DNA of 64,000 bases, taken from Blepharisma stoltei ATCC 30299 (taxonomy: Eukaryota; Protista; Ciliophora). A program made the position numbers and the translations under genes. The DNA lies in assembly GCA_965603825.1 (NCBI GenBank), contig CBFDEM010000035.1, forward strand, positions 372,001 to 436,000, given 5' to 3'. The notes below the pieces were generated by a model. It saw nothing but the letters and a program-made list of their open reading frames with translations, was not told the origin of the DNA and ran no database searches. Shown here piece by piece: positions 39,101 to 51,528 of the stretch (positions are counted from its first letter, which is position 1; every line of letters starts with the position of its first letter).

Positions 39101-40352
39101 ATGATTCATCTTTGAGAACAAATAAACAATAATTCGCTGCTCATATCACTTGAAGCTTGTCTCTATTTAATGTCCTCTCTAAAAAATATTTTTCAAAAAT
39201 GTAAATTAATTTGCCTTTTTGATCAAAGTCGTTAGAACATAATGCATATCTAAGTGATTTTTCTAAACAATACTTAGAGCCTATGTCCACCAAGTTTCTG
39301 GGAATGCTTTGTGATTTCTTTTTAGTTGATTTCAAGACAAAAATAATAATTAGTGCTGAGTACAAAGGCACCAAAATTATCGTAAGCAAAGTAATTAATA
39401 AAGAGTTGTTAAGTCAGTATCCTAAAAGAAATATAAAAGATACTAAAGCAACTATAGAAAATCGAACAATTACTAGAACGTGGTAATAAAGACAATAGTA
39501 AGGATTAAATATCATAGTTTCTATTGTAAACAATCCTGAAGTTACCAACGTATATAATTGAAAATAAGCAATGTAATCTTCTGCTAGTATAGCATAAAGG
39601 ATTGGAAAAGAGTACGTAAAAATCGCTTTATGAACTTCAATTTTCGAATGAGCTCTTGACCCCAAATTTTTTAAAGCTGCAGAATGCCTAATTTCTCCGG
39701 AAAATTCAGCAAAAAATAAAAGCAGAATAAATGAGACTACCATTGCAATAACAGTCAGCACTTGTCATGGAGTATTTATCTCAAAGTCACTGAATTTATT
39801 GTGGTTTTCGTACTCTGCCACTTCTTTTTGTGTCGAAAAATTATATTTCAAAAATATGGAAAATAAAATCATAGAAGGTATAGAGAGCTGGGTCACTCAT
39901 AAGTAAAGTATTTTCCTAAATATTTTTAAAATTGTTTGAGGTATATTAATAGATCGGTAAACAACAAAAACTAGAACTAAAATACCTGAAAAATTAATAA
40001 ATGTAATCAGAATTGATAAATATAGGCATTCACCCATAATTCCAAAAGTCGAACATGTTGTATCAATTCTCAAGAAGTCAATAAAACTCCATAGCAGATT
40101 GTTCTTGTTTCAATTTTTAATTGGAATATTTGGGACCCACAAAAGCGCTATAATCTGAATGCATCATGTTAGCTCTTCAACTGCTATTTTGACCTTTTGA
40201 GCTTTATAAAATTTTTCTCCAAAATTCTTTTCTAAATGAAGTCGACGATAAAACTCAAAAACTGACTCAACAATTGAATTTTGCTTTGAAATCTTAAAAA
40301 ATTTCCTTTCAAAAGCCTGAGTTTCATCGGCTCCAACTTCAAGCCAGGACAT
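36171..40352 (-). CDS. TmcB-like PAS membrane protein, copy C (~1383 aa, recent duplicate of B); introns 37677-37691 and 37284-37298
   Basis: Same 4182-bp span as B, with long near-identical DNA stretches. Confidence 0.8.
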
Positions 40353-41019
40353 AAATGGACAATAATATTAGAATTTATTCTGATAGAGAACTAACCTTAA
40401 CTATTTATAATAGCAAGATAATTAAATTTAAGGGGCAATTCACACTCAGCTAATAATCGTAAAAGAATTCAATTAATGTTTACTATGTCTTGCAAAAATA
40501 TTGAATTCTAATAATAAACATCTAAACACTTTCCCGTTAATTCTCTTTTAGTCCTTAAGAAAAACTATAATCTATATTTTAATACACAGAAAAAGCAATT
40601 TAAAGTCATGTTTATTCCTAATAAGCAGTGACAAAAATTCAATACAAGTTTGAACCACAAAAGTCAATAAGAATAGAAAAGAATTATATGAGTTAAAATT
40701 TTAAACGAAATTCTTCGACTCCTTTACCTATTTGCCACATTCAGTTTAGCAAAAGGATTTTAGAACGTTAAAAACAAACTTTCTGTCTAATAAATGAATC
40801 TCTATAGAGATTGATATAAATATTGAATAATTTTTAAAATATTTAACTTTCGGATAGCTTAATTTATCATTATAAAAAAGAAACGCATATAAAATTTAAT
40901 TATGCTTCATAATCTTTTAAATATTCTTTTGCTTTTATACTTTGTGACGTCACATTTAAAGTTCTAATTAATTTATCGAAAAAATTATAGGCTGTATTTT
41001 ATGATATTCGATAAGAAAA

Positions 41020-41850
41020 TATATGGGATTATGCTGATTTGGGCTACTCTTATAATTTTTCGTATTATAGCTTATTGCTAAGACCCGAAGTTTTCATTTT
41101 TAAAATCAACTTGCAAATTTTATGATGCTGGTTAAAGAAAAATCCTTTATCATAGCACCAGCATGCATTTTGTGAGCTTTTGAAAGTAAAATGTGGAGAC
41201 AATTCTCCTGATAATTTCTAAACAGCCAAAAACAAGTTATTAAACTAATAGTTTTTGATATTTACAATTAATATATTAATAGCATGGCAAGTCGCCACCG
41301 CTTGCTAATTTGCACATCCTCCAATGTTTATAGTTGAAAGCCTTTCAAAACGATAAAAACTCTTTTCCAAAAAATATTTTTCTTTGTAACATACAAGAAA
41401 TTTTGGAATCTATAGACATTGTGCAAATGTCTAAAGGGCATTCACTAATTATATCAGATTTTGATAGGCTTTCTTCTATTGAGAAATATTGCAATATCTC
41501 TTTTAACCGGATTTTAAATCACTTATTAAATGTTTGGCTTATTTTTACAAAGAAAAATTGGATTAAATTTAATGTGATTATTAAAAATATTAATCATGCT
41601 TTTAATGAGTGTGATTACATAAACCTCATTATCCAAATAGTGATAATATTTTTATGATAAGGCTTCACAAAGAAAGAATTCATAAATACTTTTATAGCTA
41701 ATAAAAATGATAACCAATTTAAGATCGCATAAGTAGCTTTCGCTAAGTTGGAAACCAATAGGCGACAAAAGGATATTTTGAAAATTGTATAGATAAAACA
41801 TTTCGAGGTTTTCCACAATAAATTTAAGGAGGATCCGTTCAAGTGAATTT
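41020..41850 (-). pseudogene. Possible heavily decayed TmcB-like relic
   Basis: Only short matches: an ISIIPY-like C-terminus at ~41021-41040 and FVKPYH..IMRF resembling the family's PY..RF segment. Many stops. Confidence 0.35.
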
Positions 41851-42830
41851 AATCCATAATAAAAGCAGATAGTTTCAGTGCTTGTTTATTTAGCAAGAAA
41901 TTCTGAATTATTCACGGAGTCAGGGTTAAATTTTTTAATAAACACTAATTAGGAAAATTGGAAAGTGTAAATTAATTTAATTAGTAAATTTATATTATAA
42001 ATTGTAAAATTTAAATAATTAGCTAGACATTTTCAGTATACCTATTATCATATTAAAATCTTCACTATAAACAATTTTTGGTTTGCTCGGGTTTTGCTAA
42101 ATAAAAATAGGGATTTTCCAGTGTTTTTGTTTGCTAACAGAGGAAAGAGGTGTGCAAATTCAGAGTCATAATAATTTAATATTAAGATTATGGAGTAGCT
42201 ATCTAATTATCAATAAAAATTAGGCTCTTTTTAGGATTTATATATAAAATGTGGAGAGCTTCAGCGAAATATTTAATATGTCTAGCTAAAATTGTGTCTT
42301 ATAAAAGAAAAAACTCTAGCGAAATATAGACAAAAAAATAAATAAAAGCTATTTGTCAATTTCATTTAATAGGATTTAGAAAGAAAGCTAAGGTTTATTG
42401 ATTTAAGGAAGAATCTCATTTGAAATTAATATGGTCAAAAATATTGTTATAAAAATAAATAAATAAATTAAAAATTTGCGAGAGAATTAATTTTCCCAAA
42501 AAGCCGATTTTTTCTAATGATTTTGCAAGATTAAGAGGGAAATTTAAAACATCTTAAGCCCCCATCCTTTAATAATTTTAATCGAACTGTAGACGATACT
42601 GATAATAGTAGGTGTCATGGCTTCTATTGTCATTATATATTATGCTTCATCAAAAACTGTAAAGGGCATCCAGCAATCATTCCTTAAAATCAAGCATGCA
42701 CATATTGTCCATTCTCGGCTATAAATATACCCGTCCCAAATCCGCAAAATGACGAAGAAGAATCTAAAGAACTTGGAGCAGCCCATTCACCCACTAGCGC
42801 TGACATATACCCTGATTTGTGAAGAAGAAA

Positions 42831-42927
42831 ATAAAGCTTAAACTTATTTAATATAGGTGCTAAAATATTAAGTTTGCATAAAGCTCAAACTTATTTAATA
42901 TAGGTGATAAAATATTAAGTTTGCATA
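42831..42927. repeat. 47-bp tandem direct repeat (2 copies) just upstream of the kelch-like ATG
   Basis: ataaagct(t/c)aaacttatttaatataggtg(c/a)taaaatattaagtttgc twice, with 2 mismatches. Confidence 0.9.
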
Positions 42928-42947
42928 TAATATAAGCATATAATATA

Positions 42948-43676
42948 ATGACAGAAGCTCATAAACCTTTACCTTTAATAGAAGAAGAAAAATCAATATT
43001 TCATTCTATTTCAGATATCCCTTTATATGCTTGTACAATATCCACTGACTCAAAAGAATTTTTAGTTTACAACATCGAAGATAATAAAATTTGTGCAAAA
43101 ATTCCAAATCCTGTATCTTTTGATATGACAACTAAAGGACTTTTGTGTAAGCTGAATGGCTCTCAGCTATTTTACTTTGGTGGACGTATACAACGCAAAA
43201 AAACATCTGGGACTTGCCTTTTAATTGATATAAAAGCACAATCAGTTGAAATTTTACCTTCTGGAAGACCTCGATTTTTTGCGAATCCAGTCTATTTCGA
43301 AAATTTTGTTTACATTTTTGGGGGCTCTGGAGGACCGAACTGAGATCAAGCAGCCAGCGATAAGTTTAGTTTAAGGAAAAAGAAATGAAAAAGAATAGCT
43401 GACTTGCCTATTCCAACTGCTCAAACCTCAACGGTGTTATTTGAAAGAAAAATTTTAATTGCAGGTCATAAACTTGGAAGCATATTAAAATACGACCATT
43501 ACAAAAATTCTTATAAAAGCCTGCTGGAAATTAGCCCAACTTCGTGAAAAATACTTTTTATTTTTAAAGAGAGGTGCTATGCTGTTACCAATGATCTTCA
43601 ATGCTATGTTTCAGAAATAAAAAATTGAAAAATCTGAAATTATCATGGGATAATTGATGGAATAATATTATCTTAG
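42948..43676 (+). CDS. Kelch-like beta-propeller protein, 242 aa (possibly C-terminally truncated)
   Basis: LFYFGG..CLLID, VYFENFVYIFGG..KW(TGA)KRIADLP and ILIAG..ILKYD. Open via TGA=Trp to TAG at 43674-43676. Confidence 0.7.
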
Positions 43677-46640
43677 CATTCAGTTGTATTGCGATAACTT
43701 CCGATTCTCAGAGCTATAATAATAAATCAAATCAGCATAATGACTTAAACAATAATAATATAAATAAAAATTAAGGATATAAGTTATTCTCAACTTTTCT
43801 TCAAAATAATCAAAGAAGGAACCCTCTGTGACCGAACAAAACCATTAGAAAATCTATGACTTTTTGTTCTAAATGCCAAAGGGCTTCTACAAGAATTTAA
43901 AAGAGCTCTCAAATAAATATTTTGGCGACTCTAAAATGGCGGCTACAAGAGTGAGTCTGGAGGTCATAGATTTTTAGCATATCCAGCTTATTTCGAAAAT
44001 TTGTAATACAAAAGAGAAAGCATGTTACTAGCGATAAGTTTAGATTAAGGAAAATAAATAAAAAAATATAACTGGCTTGCTTACTCCTGCAGCTCAAACT
44101 TCAATAGTGCTATTTGAAGAAAAAAATTAATCAAAGGCTAAGATGAGAGTATGTTAAAATCCAATATAAGTTTAAGGATAGGTGCTAAACTGCTAAAAAA
44201 TATTTTCTAAGCGTGAAAAACGATGGCTATAGATGGGATATAATTTTACATATTAGCCTTATTGTACCTTAATTCGTAATTTTTAAATCCATTCACAACT
44301 TTATTTCAGGATGACCTTTATGAAGATGCGATTACAAATAAATTTTATTCAGAAAGATTTACGTTTAATTGAGATGATAGTTAAAATTAATCAACTGTTT
44401 TAATTATTTCTAGTTTTTGCGAAATAATCTAAGACTTATCTTAATAATTTTAACTTTATGAAAAAGTTGAAGTCTTTATTAGGATTATAATTATAAGCTT
44501 AAGTTCATAAATTTACTCATTTCGTAGCTTGCTAGAAATATTATTAGAATTTCTTCCATTTAAGTTACTTGCGCAGACTTAACTTAAGAGCTTAACTTAA
44601 AATAACTAATAAAATTATAGCATTGTAAAATAAAACGGAAGAATCCATGAATTTCCGTGACCCAACTTTTATTATAGGGTTAAGTTTTTGTACATGATCT
44701 ATCTCTGATAGGCAAGAAATGGCAAGGCCACTCAGCATCTTTCATTCATTGTGTTTTATCTCTTCCTGTGCTTGATACTGTAAGACCATTAGGCCAAACA
44801 GATGCTAGAAAATGAGGCGACAGCCAGGCCTCTTGAATTTTCAGAACTTCTGGGCTATTAAATAGCCTAAATGATGCTAGAATCGAGTCAAGGTGTATGA
44901 GCAATCTAGGGTAGCGAGAAAAATAGTCCATTGAACTGTATCAGGCTAAAATCGGATAAGCAAATTAAATTTTAATATTTATAGCAGTAGCAGAGTTAAT
45001 TTTTTTATTTAGGCTTAGTCACTGGCTTTTAATTTTTCAATGCTCTTTAATAGATTCAAACCTTTCATTGTCTTTTTCGATGAAGTTACCTTTACTCGAA
45101 ACATCAAAAATTAAAGATCTATTTTCGATGAACGTTTTTATGCATGCTTTTATTTGAAATTATTAATTTTTAAAGTCTTTTTTAAATTTCATCCCTTTTT
45201 AGAATTCTAAGAACTGGCTTTTATATCCGTTTTTTAAAATTTATTTCGATAAGTTCTATTTATATATGCGGATATATTATTAAATGGCAAGGTCGACCCA
45301 ATTGAAAGCATGTTTTATAATTTTCTGTCTTTCCTTTGGCATTACTGCTTATTCTCCTCTTGCAAAATGGGTTTTTACCCCAAACAATCTAGTAAATGGG
45401 AAGATCAATGACTTATCTTCTTATAGCAATACTCCTTTCCAAAAATCAGAAGGGAGTATAGCTTCATCTGATGTAACTTGCAAAGGTCTTCATACATATA
45501 AGGATACTTCCAATGCTTTCTACTATGGAACAGTAAGTGCTATTACTTCGTCCACAGTAGAGTTTGGTGTAAGTATATGAATGAGCTCGCAAGGCAATGG
45601 AGTCCCATTTCAAATTGTTACAGCTCTCGATAGAAGTTCAGAATATTCTATCTGATTTAAGAATCCGGAAATCTATGTATTTCAGTTGTATGGAGGCAAA
45701 ACTGAAGTTCCTATTTCCCAAGGTATGTTTTATATAGGAAAATGAGTATTTTTGGTATTTAATTTTGTTAAATCTCAAGACATTTGGACTTGGACAGTTA
45801 TCTCTCCAGAGTTTTCCACTTTTAGTTTAACTAGTTATGGTATCCCAGGGAATATAATCAAAATTGCATGAGGATCAGATGCATACTTTTATGAGATTCA
45901 ACTCTTCATAAAAGGTGCTATAAATTCGCCTATTGTCACTTTATATGATAGCTCTGATGCTAATTATGATGCTACAACTTCGACTTGTCTAGCTTCTTGC
46001 ACAAATTATTGCCACCCCGATGTGGGATGCTTGAGCTCAGCAGCTTGCCCATGCCCGACACTTTGCAAATGCCCTGCAGATGATGGAGTGTGCTCGTCTT
46101 GCAACGATCCAAATAGTGTCCTTGCAAATAAATGTCAATGTAAAACTAATTATGCTCTCGAAGGACTTACTTGCGTCTTAAGTAATTTTCATTTAGAATA
46201 TCCTCTTGATTGTGCACAATGAACATCAGACAAGGTATGCACTCAATGCAATCCAAACTTTTTCCTCTATAATAGTGGCTCTTCTATAAGCTGCTTAGGT
46301 AATTTTTATTTAGCTTGTGACTCATGCACTTCTTGCAATGCTAGTCCTACTTGCTTTAAATGTACTGATTTAATTTCTCAAGCTGGAAACTCATGCAGAG
46401 TTGACTCAATTGGGTACAAGCTTAGCTTTGTCTCTCCAAACATTATTGTTGACTTCGCCTATCCATTGGCAAAGGCTCTAAAAATAAGTAGCCTACAAGC
46501 AGCAACTACTAATAACCAGGCTCTAGCCACAACTACTTGGGAAATCCACTCACAAACTGTAAGCCAGCTGCAGATTAGAACTGATCTAACACTAAGCCAG
46601 CTCCCAATCAAACTTAACTTCAGCTTTGAGCAGGATGATT
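43673..46640. repeat. Segmental duplication, copy 1 (partner 59830-62686)
   Basis: Collinear similarity starting ttagcattcagttgta..cagagctataataataaatcaaatcagcataatgactt and running through a kelch relic, the intergenic block and the Cys-rich gene. Confidence 0.85.
43975..44165 (+). pseudogene. Kelch-like relic
   Basis: atccagcttatttcgaaaattttgt and agcgataagtttagattaaggaaaa..gctcaaacttcaatagtgctatttgaa match 43285-43460 with indels. Confidence 0.65.
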
Positions 46641-46642
46641 AA
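45284..46642 (+). CDS. Predicted secreted protein: LamG/ConA-like N-terminal region + furin/EGF-type Cys-rich repeats + beta-rich tail, copy 1 (~437 aa); 15-nt introns 45723-45737, 46182-46196 and 46299-46313
   Basis: Signal peptide, PLAKWVF..INDLS, GVSIW(TGA), CxxC repeats and TAA at 46640-46642. The introns are conserved in position in copy 2. Confidence 0.8.
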
Positions 46643-46721
46643 TTTTTTTCTTAACGCATTAATAAAGTAAAAAATTAAGATTGTCTGCATTTCGTTTGAT
46701 TATATATAAATGCTATTATAT

Positions 46722-49700
46722 TTAGCGATATGGGATTATTTCCATCAAAGAATTAATTTTCCTCAAATACTTTTTTTCTCCAACAAAAAACGACAAATAA
46801 ATCCCAAAATACATAATGAACGAAATGATAATAAAAACACCCAAAACTCCTATAATGACGCTAATTTGGCCATCAATCACACTTTGTGAATACTGATCAA
46901 TTTCACTGATTAGCCCATTAAAGCTCAAATCTAAGTCGTTTATGATTAGCATAAATCGTGACAGTTGAGAAAACTCCGAAAATGAATCTGAAACAAAATC
47001 AGCATGAAATAAAGTCATTTCTCCAGCTGAATAAAGCCCATATGCAAATTCGTCTCAAGTTGAATCGTCAGCTTTTTCGAAAAATATTTTATCAAATTTT
47101 TTTGACAAAATGTGAGAATATTTAGAATTTCTTATGATAGACTGCGAATATTTAATTCTGAGCATTGCATCTGTCATTGAAGCTAAACTGTTACGGAAAG
47201 GATATGAGTAAGGTATTTGATTTTTAAGAGAAATGCCAACGGTCTCGATTGCAGCTTCTGAAGCTCATATTCCTAAGGTTACATATAAAATTTGCATATT
47301 GATTAGTTCTCGTATTACTTCAGGACGATGTGCTAGAGTTTGAGAACAGTTTTCATATAGGTAAGTTATATTTATAATAGAAAACAGTAATATGACGATA
47401 AGATATAAGGAAATTCTTCATAGGTATTTTCAGTATTTTTTGAAGTTAAATGGAATTTTAGAAGGATTTCTATTATAAGGAATATCTTCAGCCTGAGAAT
47501 GAACTTTTTTAAGCCTTTCGAGGCTTGATTGGATAAGTTCAAAATAATTTTTATGTACATTTTTCCTCAAATTATTCCAAAGATTGTTTTCAATTTTAAT
47601 AGCTGCATGGCAAAATGGAGCCATAACTATTATGCATGCAGCAAGTACAGCAATTCCAACTATTAAAAAAGCAAACATTTGAGTTTTAAATTCTAAAATT
47701 CGTTCTTTTTGGCACTCTGTTACCTCATATAAGGAATTATTGCAATAGCGAAGAGGCTCTCCATATCCGTTTAATATTAATCATGTGATTTCATTTAAAT
47801 AATTTTGTGAAGTATTAAATTTGTTTATGAATTCATTTTCGGTGCAAGTATTTTAATAGTAAAACAGTTTAAAAATTAATTGTTTTTAAAAAAATGTTAA
47901 TTAGATATCCAAATTTTTTGCAGGAAAAATTAGCTAAAGCTTATTTTCCTATATAAATTTTTACTATTTGGATGATTTTAAAAAGGCCATTAAGCAAGTT
48001 TGTTTTCCTCATATAAAAATCAGAATCTATTTCTCATAAATATGTATTTTCATCAACAAAAATGCTTCTTCCAGAGCAATAGTTTCAATTTGTTAAATTA
48101 CTAGAAATATATAAGTAATCATCTTCTAGTCGAGAAACAAGCCTTTTAAAAATAGAAAAAATCAAAAGCACAAGACTTTCAGTGGTTGCGCCTCCAAATT
48201 GATTAAGTACAAGCATTGCCCTTGATAGATAGCCTGTTGCCTGCATATAGTTTCCCATATTTCCAATAGTAAGTGGAAGATCTATATTGCTAACTAAATC
48301 CACACTAGAAAATGTATAAAATAAAACCGCAATATTCGCAACTATCACAACTAAAACCTAGATAAAAGTTACTGATAAAACAAAGACACCATGCAAAATA
48401 TTGATTGACCTTGAAGACGATTTTACCACACTTGAAAACATTCTCATAGAAGAAATATGGGATACTTGAGATTTTTCTTCAGATAGATGGCTCTCCTCTA
48501 TTTCTGAAATTTCTAAATTATTCGTTTGGGCCTGATGAGGTGCTTTGGAATCGAATTCATAAGTTTGAATTTCATCATAAAATTTTGGCCCAGATTTTCC
48601 AAGCTTTAATTCAAGGATTTCTTGTGGATCATTTGTCAAAGAAGCATAAGGAATCCTTGAATTGCTGAATTCAAAATATGATAAAACTAAAATAGTTTCA
48701 ATTTCAAAGCCGGATATGTTATAAGGGACTGATGCCTTTAAATCTATATTTTCTAAGTCATTAAATAATGTTTGAAGAGGGATTCCTACCAAGCTGTCGC
48801 CTTTATTTTTTGTAAATTTACCAAAATTTTCTGTATAAGATGAAATTTCAAAATTTTCTGTTAAAATCGCTATCTCATGCTTTGCTTGTTTTGGCTTGAA
48901 AGTTAAAATGCTGACGATACTATGATTAATAGAAGTTAATGAAGATTTTCCTACTAATTCTAATATAAAACTAGAAGGAAGATTCAAGAAAAATCCTTCT
49001 TTTAAATCAATATTTGGATTCGAATTGAATTGTAGTCATACTTTAAATTCATTTTCAAGCTCTTCTTTATAATGGGAGATGTAAAGATTCGCTAAATTAT
49101 TTCCTACAAGGAAATTTAAAGGAGTTTTTAAAATTTCTGAAGCTTTTTTGTTAGCAAAAATAATTGTCCCAAAACTCTCCTCTTCATATGAGACGATAAA
49201 AATTCCATTAATATCGTTAAAAAGGCTGAAATCTTTAGCTTCATAAATATAATTTTGGTAAACTCTATCAAAATATCGTAATTTGTTATCAATTTTAGTT
49301 GAATTTTCTATGTCATAGAGGATATTCCTTGTATATGATGCATAAAGGGCTAAAGATTCTCTTGAGTTTGGAAATTTTCCTGTTATTTGAATATATTCAT
49401 TATTGAGGAATGCAATATATTCATCAATTTTATTTAAATTCTTTACTAATTTGTTCAGACTTGGCTTTTCTGATATTATTTCTTTTCAAAATTCCAATAA
49501 ATTTACACACAATTTATGGTCTTTTTTCTTGATTTTTTCGAATTGTGTAAAATATTCTAAAAAATTCGTGACTTCACTTGTATACAATTCTTGAGTATTT
49601 TTTTCGCATAAATAAGCCTGATAATTTGTCTCCAAGCCTCAATCTTGAATTTTTTTAATTTTACTTAATTTAATTCTTGCCAAAGAATTGTCTTCTAGTG

Positions 49701-50934
49701 CATATAAACAATAATTTGCTACCCAAATAGCTTGAAGTTTGCTTCCATTCAAGCTTTTTTCTATAAAGAAATTTTCAAAAATGTGAATAATTTGGTCTTT
49801 GTTTTCTAGATTATTAGAGCATAATAAATCTCTAGCCCTTTTTTCCAGTTCATAGTCTGAATTTATATCGATAAGCTGGTGTAGAATAGATGGAACTGAT
49901 TTTCTCCAAGATTTGTATATAAATTGGATAGCTAGAATTCCTAATAGAGGAACCACAACCAAAGCAAGTAAAATAATAGATAGAGAATTGTTCAACCAAT
50001 TTCCAAGCACGAAAATAAATGATATTAAGCCTATAACTAAAAATTGAATAATTATCATAGTGTTGTAAAAGTGAGAGAAATAAGGGGTATAATTGAGTGT
50101 ATTACGAACTAAAATTATTGAACTAATAATTGCTAAAATTTGTAAATAAATAATCGAGTTTTCTGCAAATATAGCATATAGTATAGGAGAAAAATAACTA
50201 AAAAGTGCTATATGGATATCGATTTTTGAGTGAGCTTTTGCTTCTATGGTCTTATTTGCTACAGAGTGACGAATTTCTCCAGAAAGTTCTGTATAAAATA
50301 AAACCAAAAAAAATGATATTACCATTGCAAGAATAATTGAAATTTGAAAAGTAGAATTTATCTTGAAATTGGTAAAATCATTATTATTTTTGTACTCTGA
50401 GATGTGGCTTTTTGCTAAAAAATTGTATTTTAGAAATATGGCAAATAAAGTCATAGAAGGTATGGAAAATAAAAGCTTTCATAAATAAAATACTTTTTGA
50501 AATAAGCTGATAACTACTGTTGGGATATTGATATAATAATAAATAAGAGAGGTAAAAACAATAATACCTGTAAAATTAACGAAAACCAAACTAATTGATA
50601 TTTCTAAGCATTCAGCAATAATATTTTCTGATGAGCATGCGATATCAATTCTTGTGTATCCTATAATTTCTCAAATAAGCATATTCCCGCTTCAATTTTT
50701 AATTGATAAGTTTGGAACCCATAAAAAGGTAACAAGTTGAAGACAGAGAATTATTGCTTCTATTACTGCCTTTATTTTTTGGGTTAAAAAAGATTTTTCT
50801 CTATATGTTTTGCAGAAGAATAGTCTTCGATAAACTTCGAAAAGCGATTTTATCAGGCTAATTCTGCTTTGAGTCTTCAAAAACACATTACCTAAAACTT
50901 GGTCTTTTGCCATTTCAACTTTCGTCCCAAGCAT
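46722..50934 (-). CDS. TmcB-like PAS membrane protein, copy D; introns 48358-48372 (15 nt) and 47949-47964 (16 nt); interrupted by a 108-bp insert
   Basis: The frame is consistent across all fragments and aligns with paralogs once the two introns and 47841-47948 are removed (~1357 aa). Confidence 0.7.
47841..47948. mobile_element. 108-bp AT-rich insertion flanked by a 6-bp direct repeat ATTTTC (IES-like, or a small insertion with a target-site duplication)
   Basis: The repeat lies at 47835-47840 and 47943-47948. The insert is absent from paralogs A, B, C, E and F and contains an in-frame TAG. Confidence 0.55.
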
Positions 50935-51528
50935 TAATTACATAAGAAGTCTAAAAACAATTTCGGGAAATATTTTAAAAAAATTTAGTTTTGATTACAT
51001 AAAAAAGCAAGCGAAGTATAGTTGAGAAAATAAAATTTTTGGCAAATTTTATTAAGAGATATTTAATTTTTTTTTTGAAATTGCAAATTTACTTAAAGCA
51101 ACGTTTTAAGAGAAAATTGCTGAAAATGCATAGAGAGGCTTTAGGCATCCCTCAAAGAATCTTTTGTCATCAAAAATATCATTAACTTAACTTAGTTAAA
51201 ATGATCCATTCCATTTAATTTGTAAAATGACTAAATAAAATTCCAAAAGCTTTCTATCAATTTGAATTTATAATTAATAAATTTTTAATATAGCCTAGGC
51301 CTTTTTTGAGTCACCTTGTGCAATTTCACTACTTTGCTCTTAAATGATTCCTTCAAAAAATTTCATCTTGATTCTTATTGGGAAAATTTAAATAATTCTT
51401 ATAATAAGCAATAAATTTGAAATTATTTCTTTATTTATGATATATCTGGCAAAGAATGCATATTAATCTATTAAATTTAAAACTAAACAATATTTTCTTC
51501 TTAAGAATTCTGTATACTAAGCATAATA

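Noticed and set aside
45569-45585. GTAAG..AG 17-mer as an extra intron (also present in copy 2)
   Set aside because: Removal would frameshift copy 1, and the sequence encodes the conserved GVSIW strand.
47841-47964. One long 124-nt intron explaining the copy D insertion
   Set aside because: It would end in CC rather than AG and is far outside the observed 15-17-nt range.
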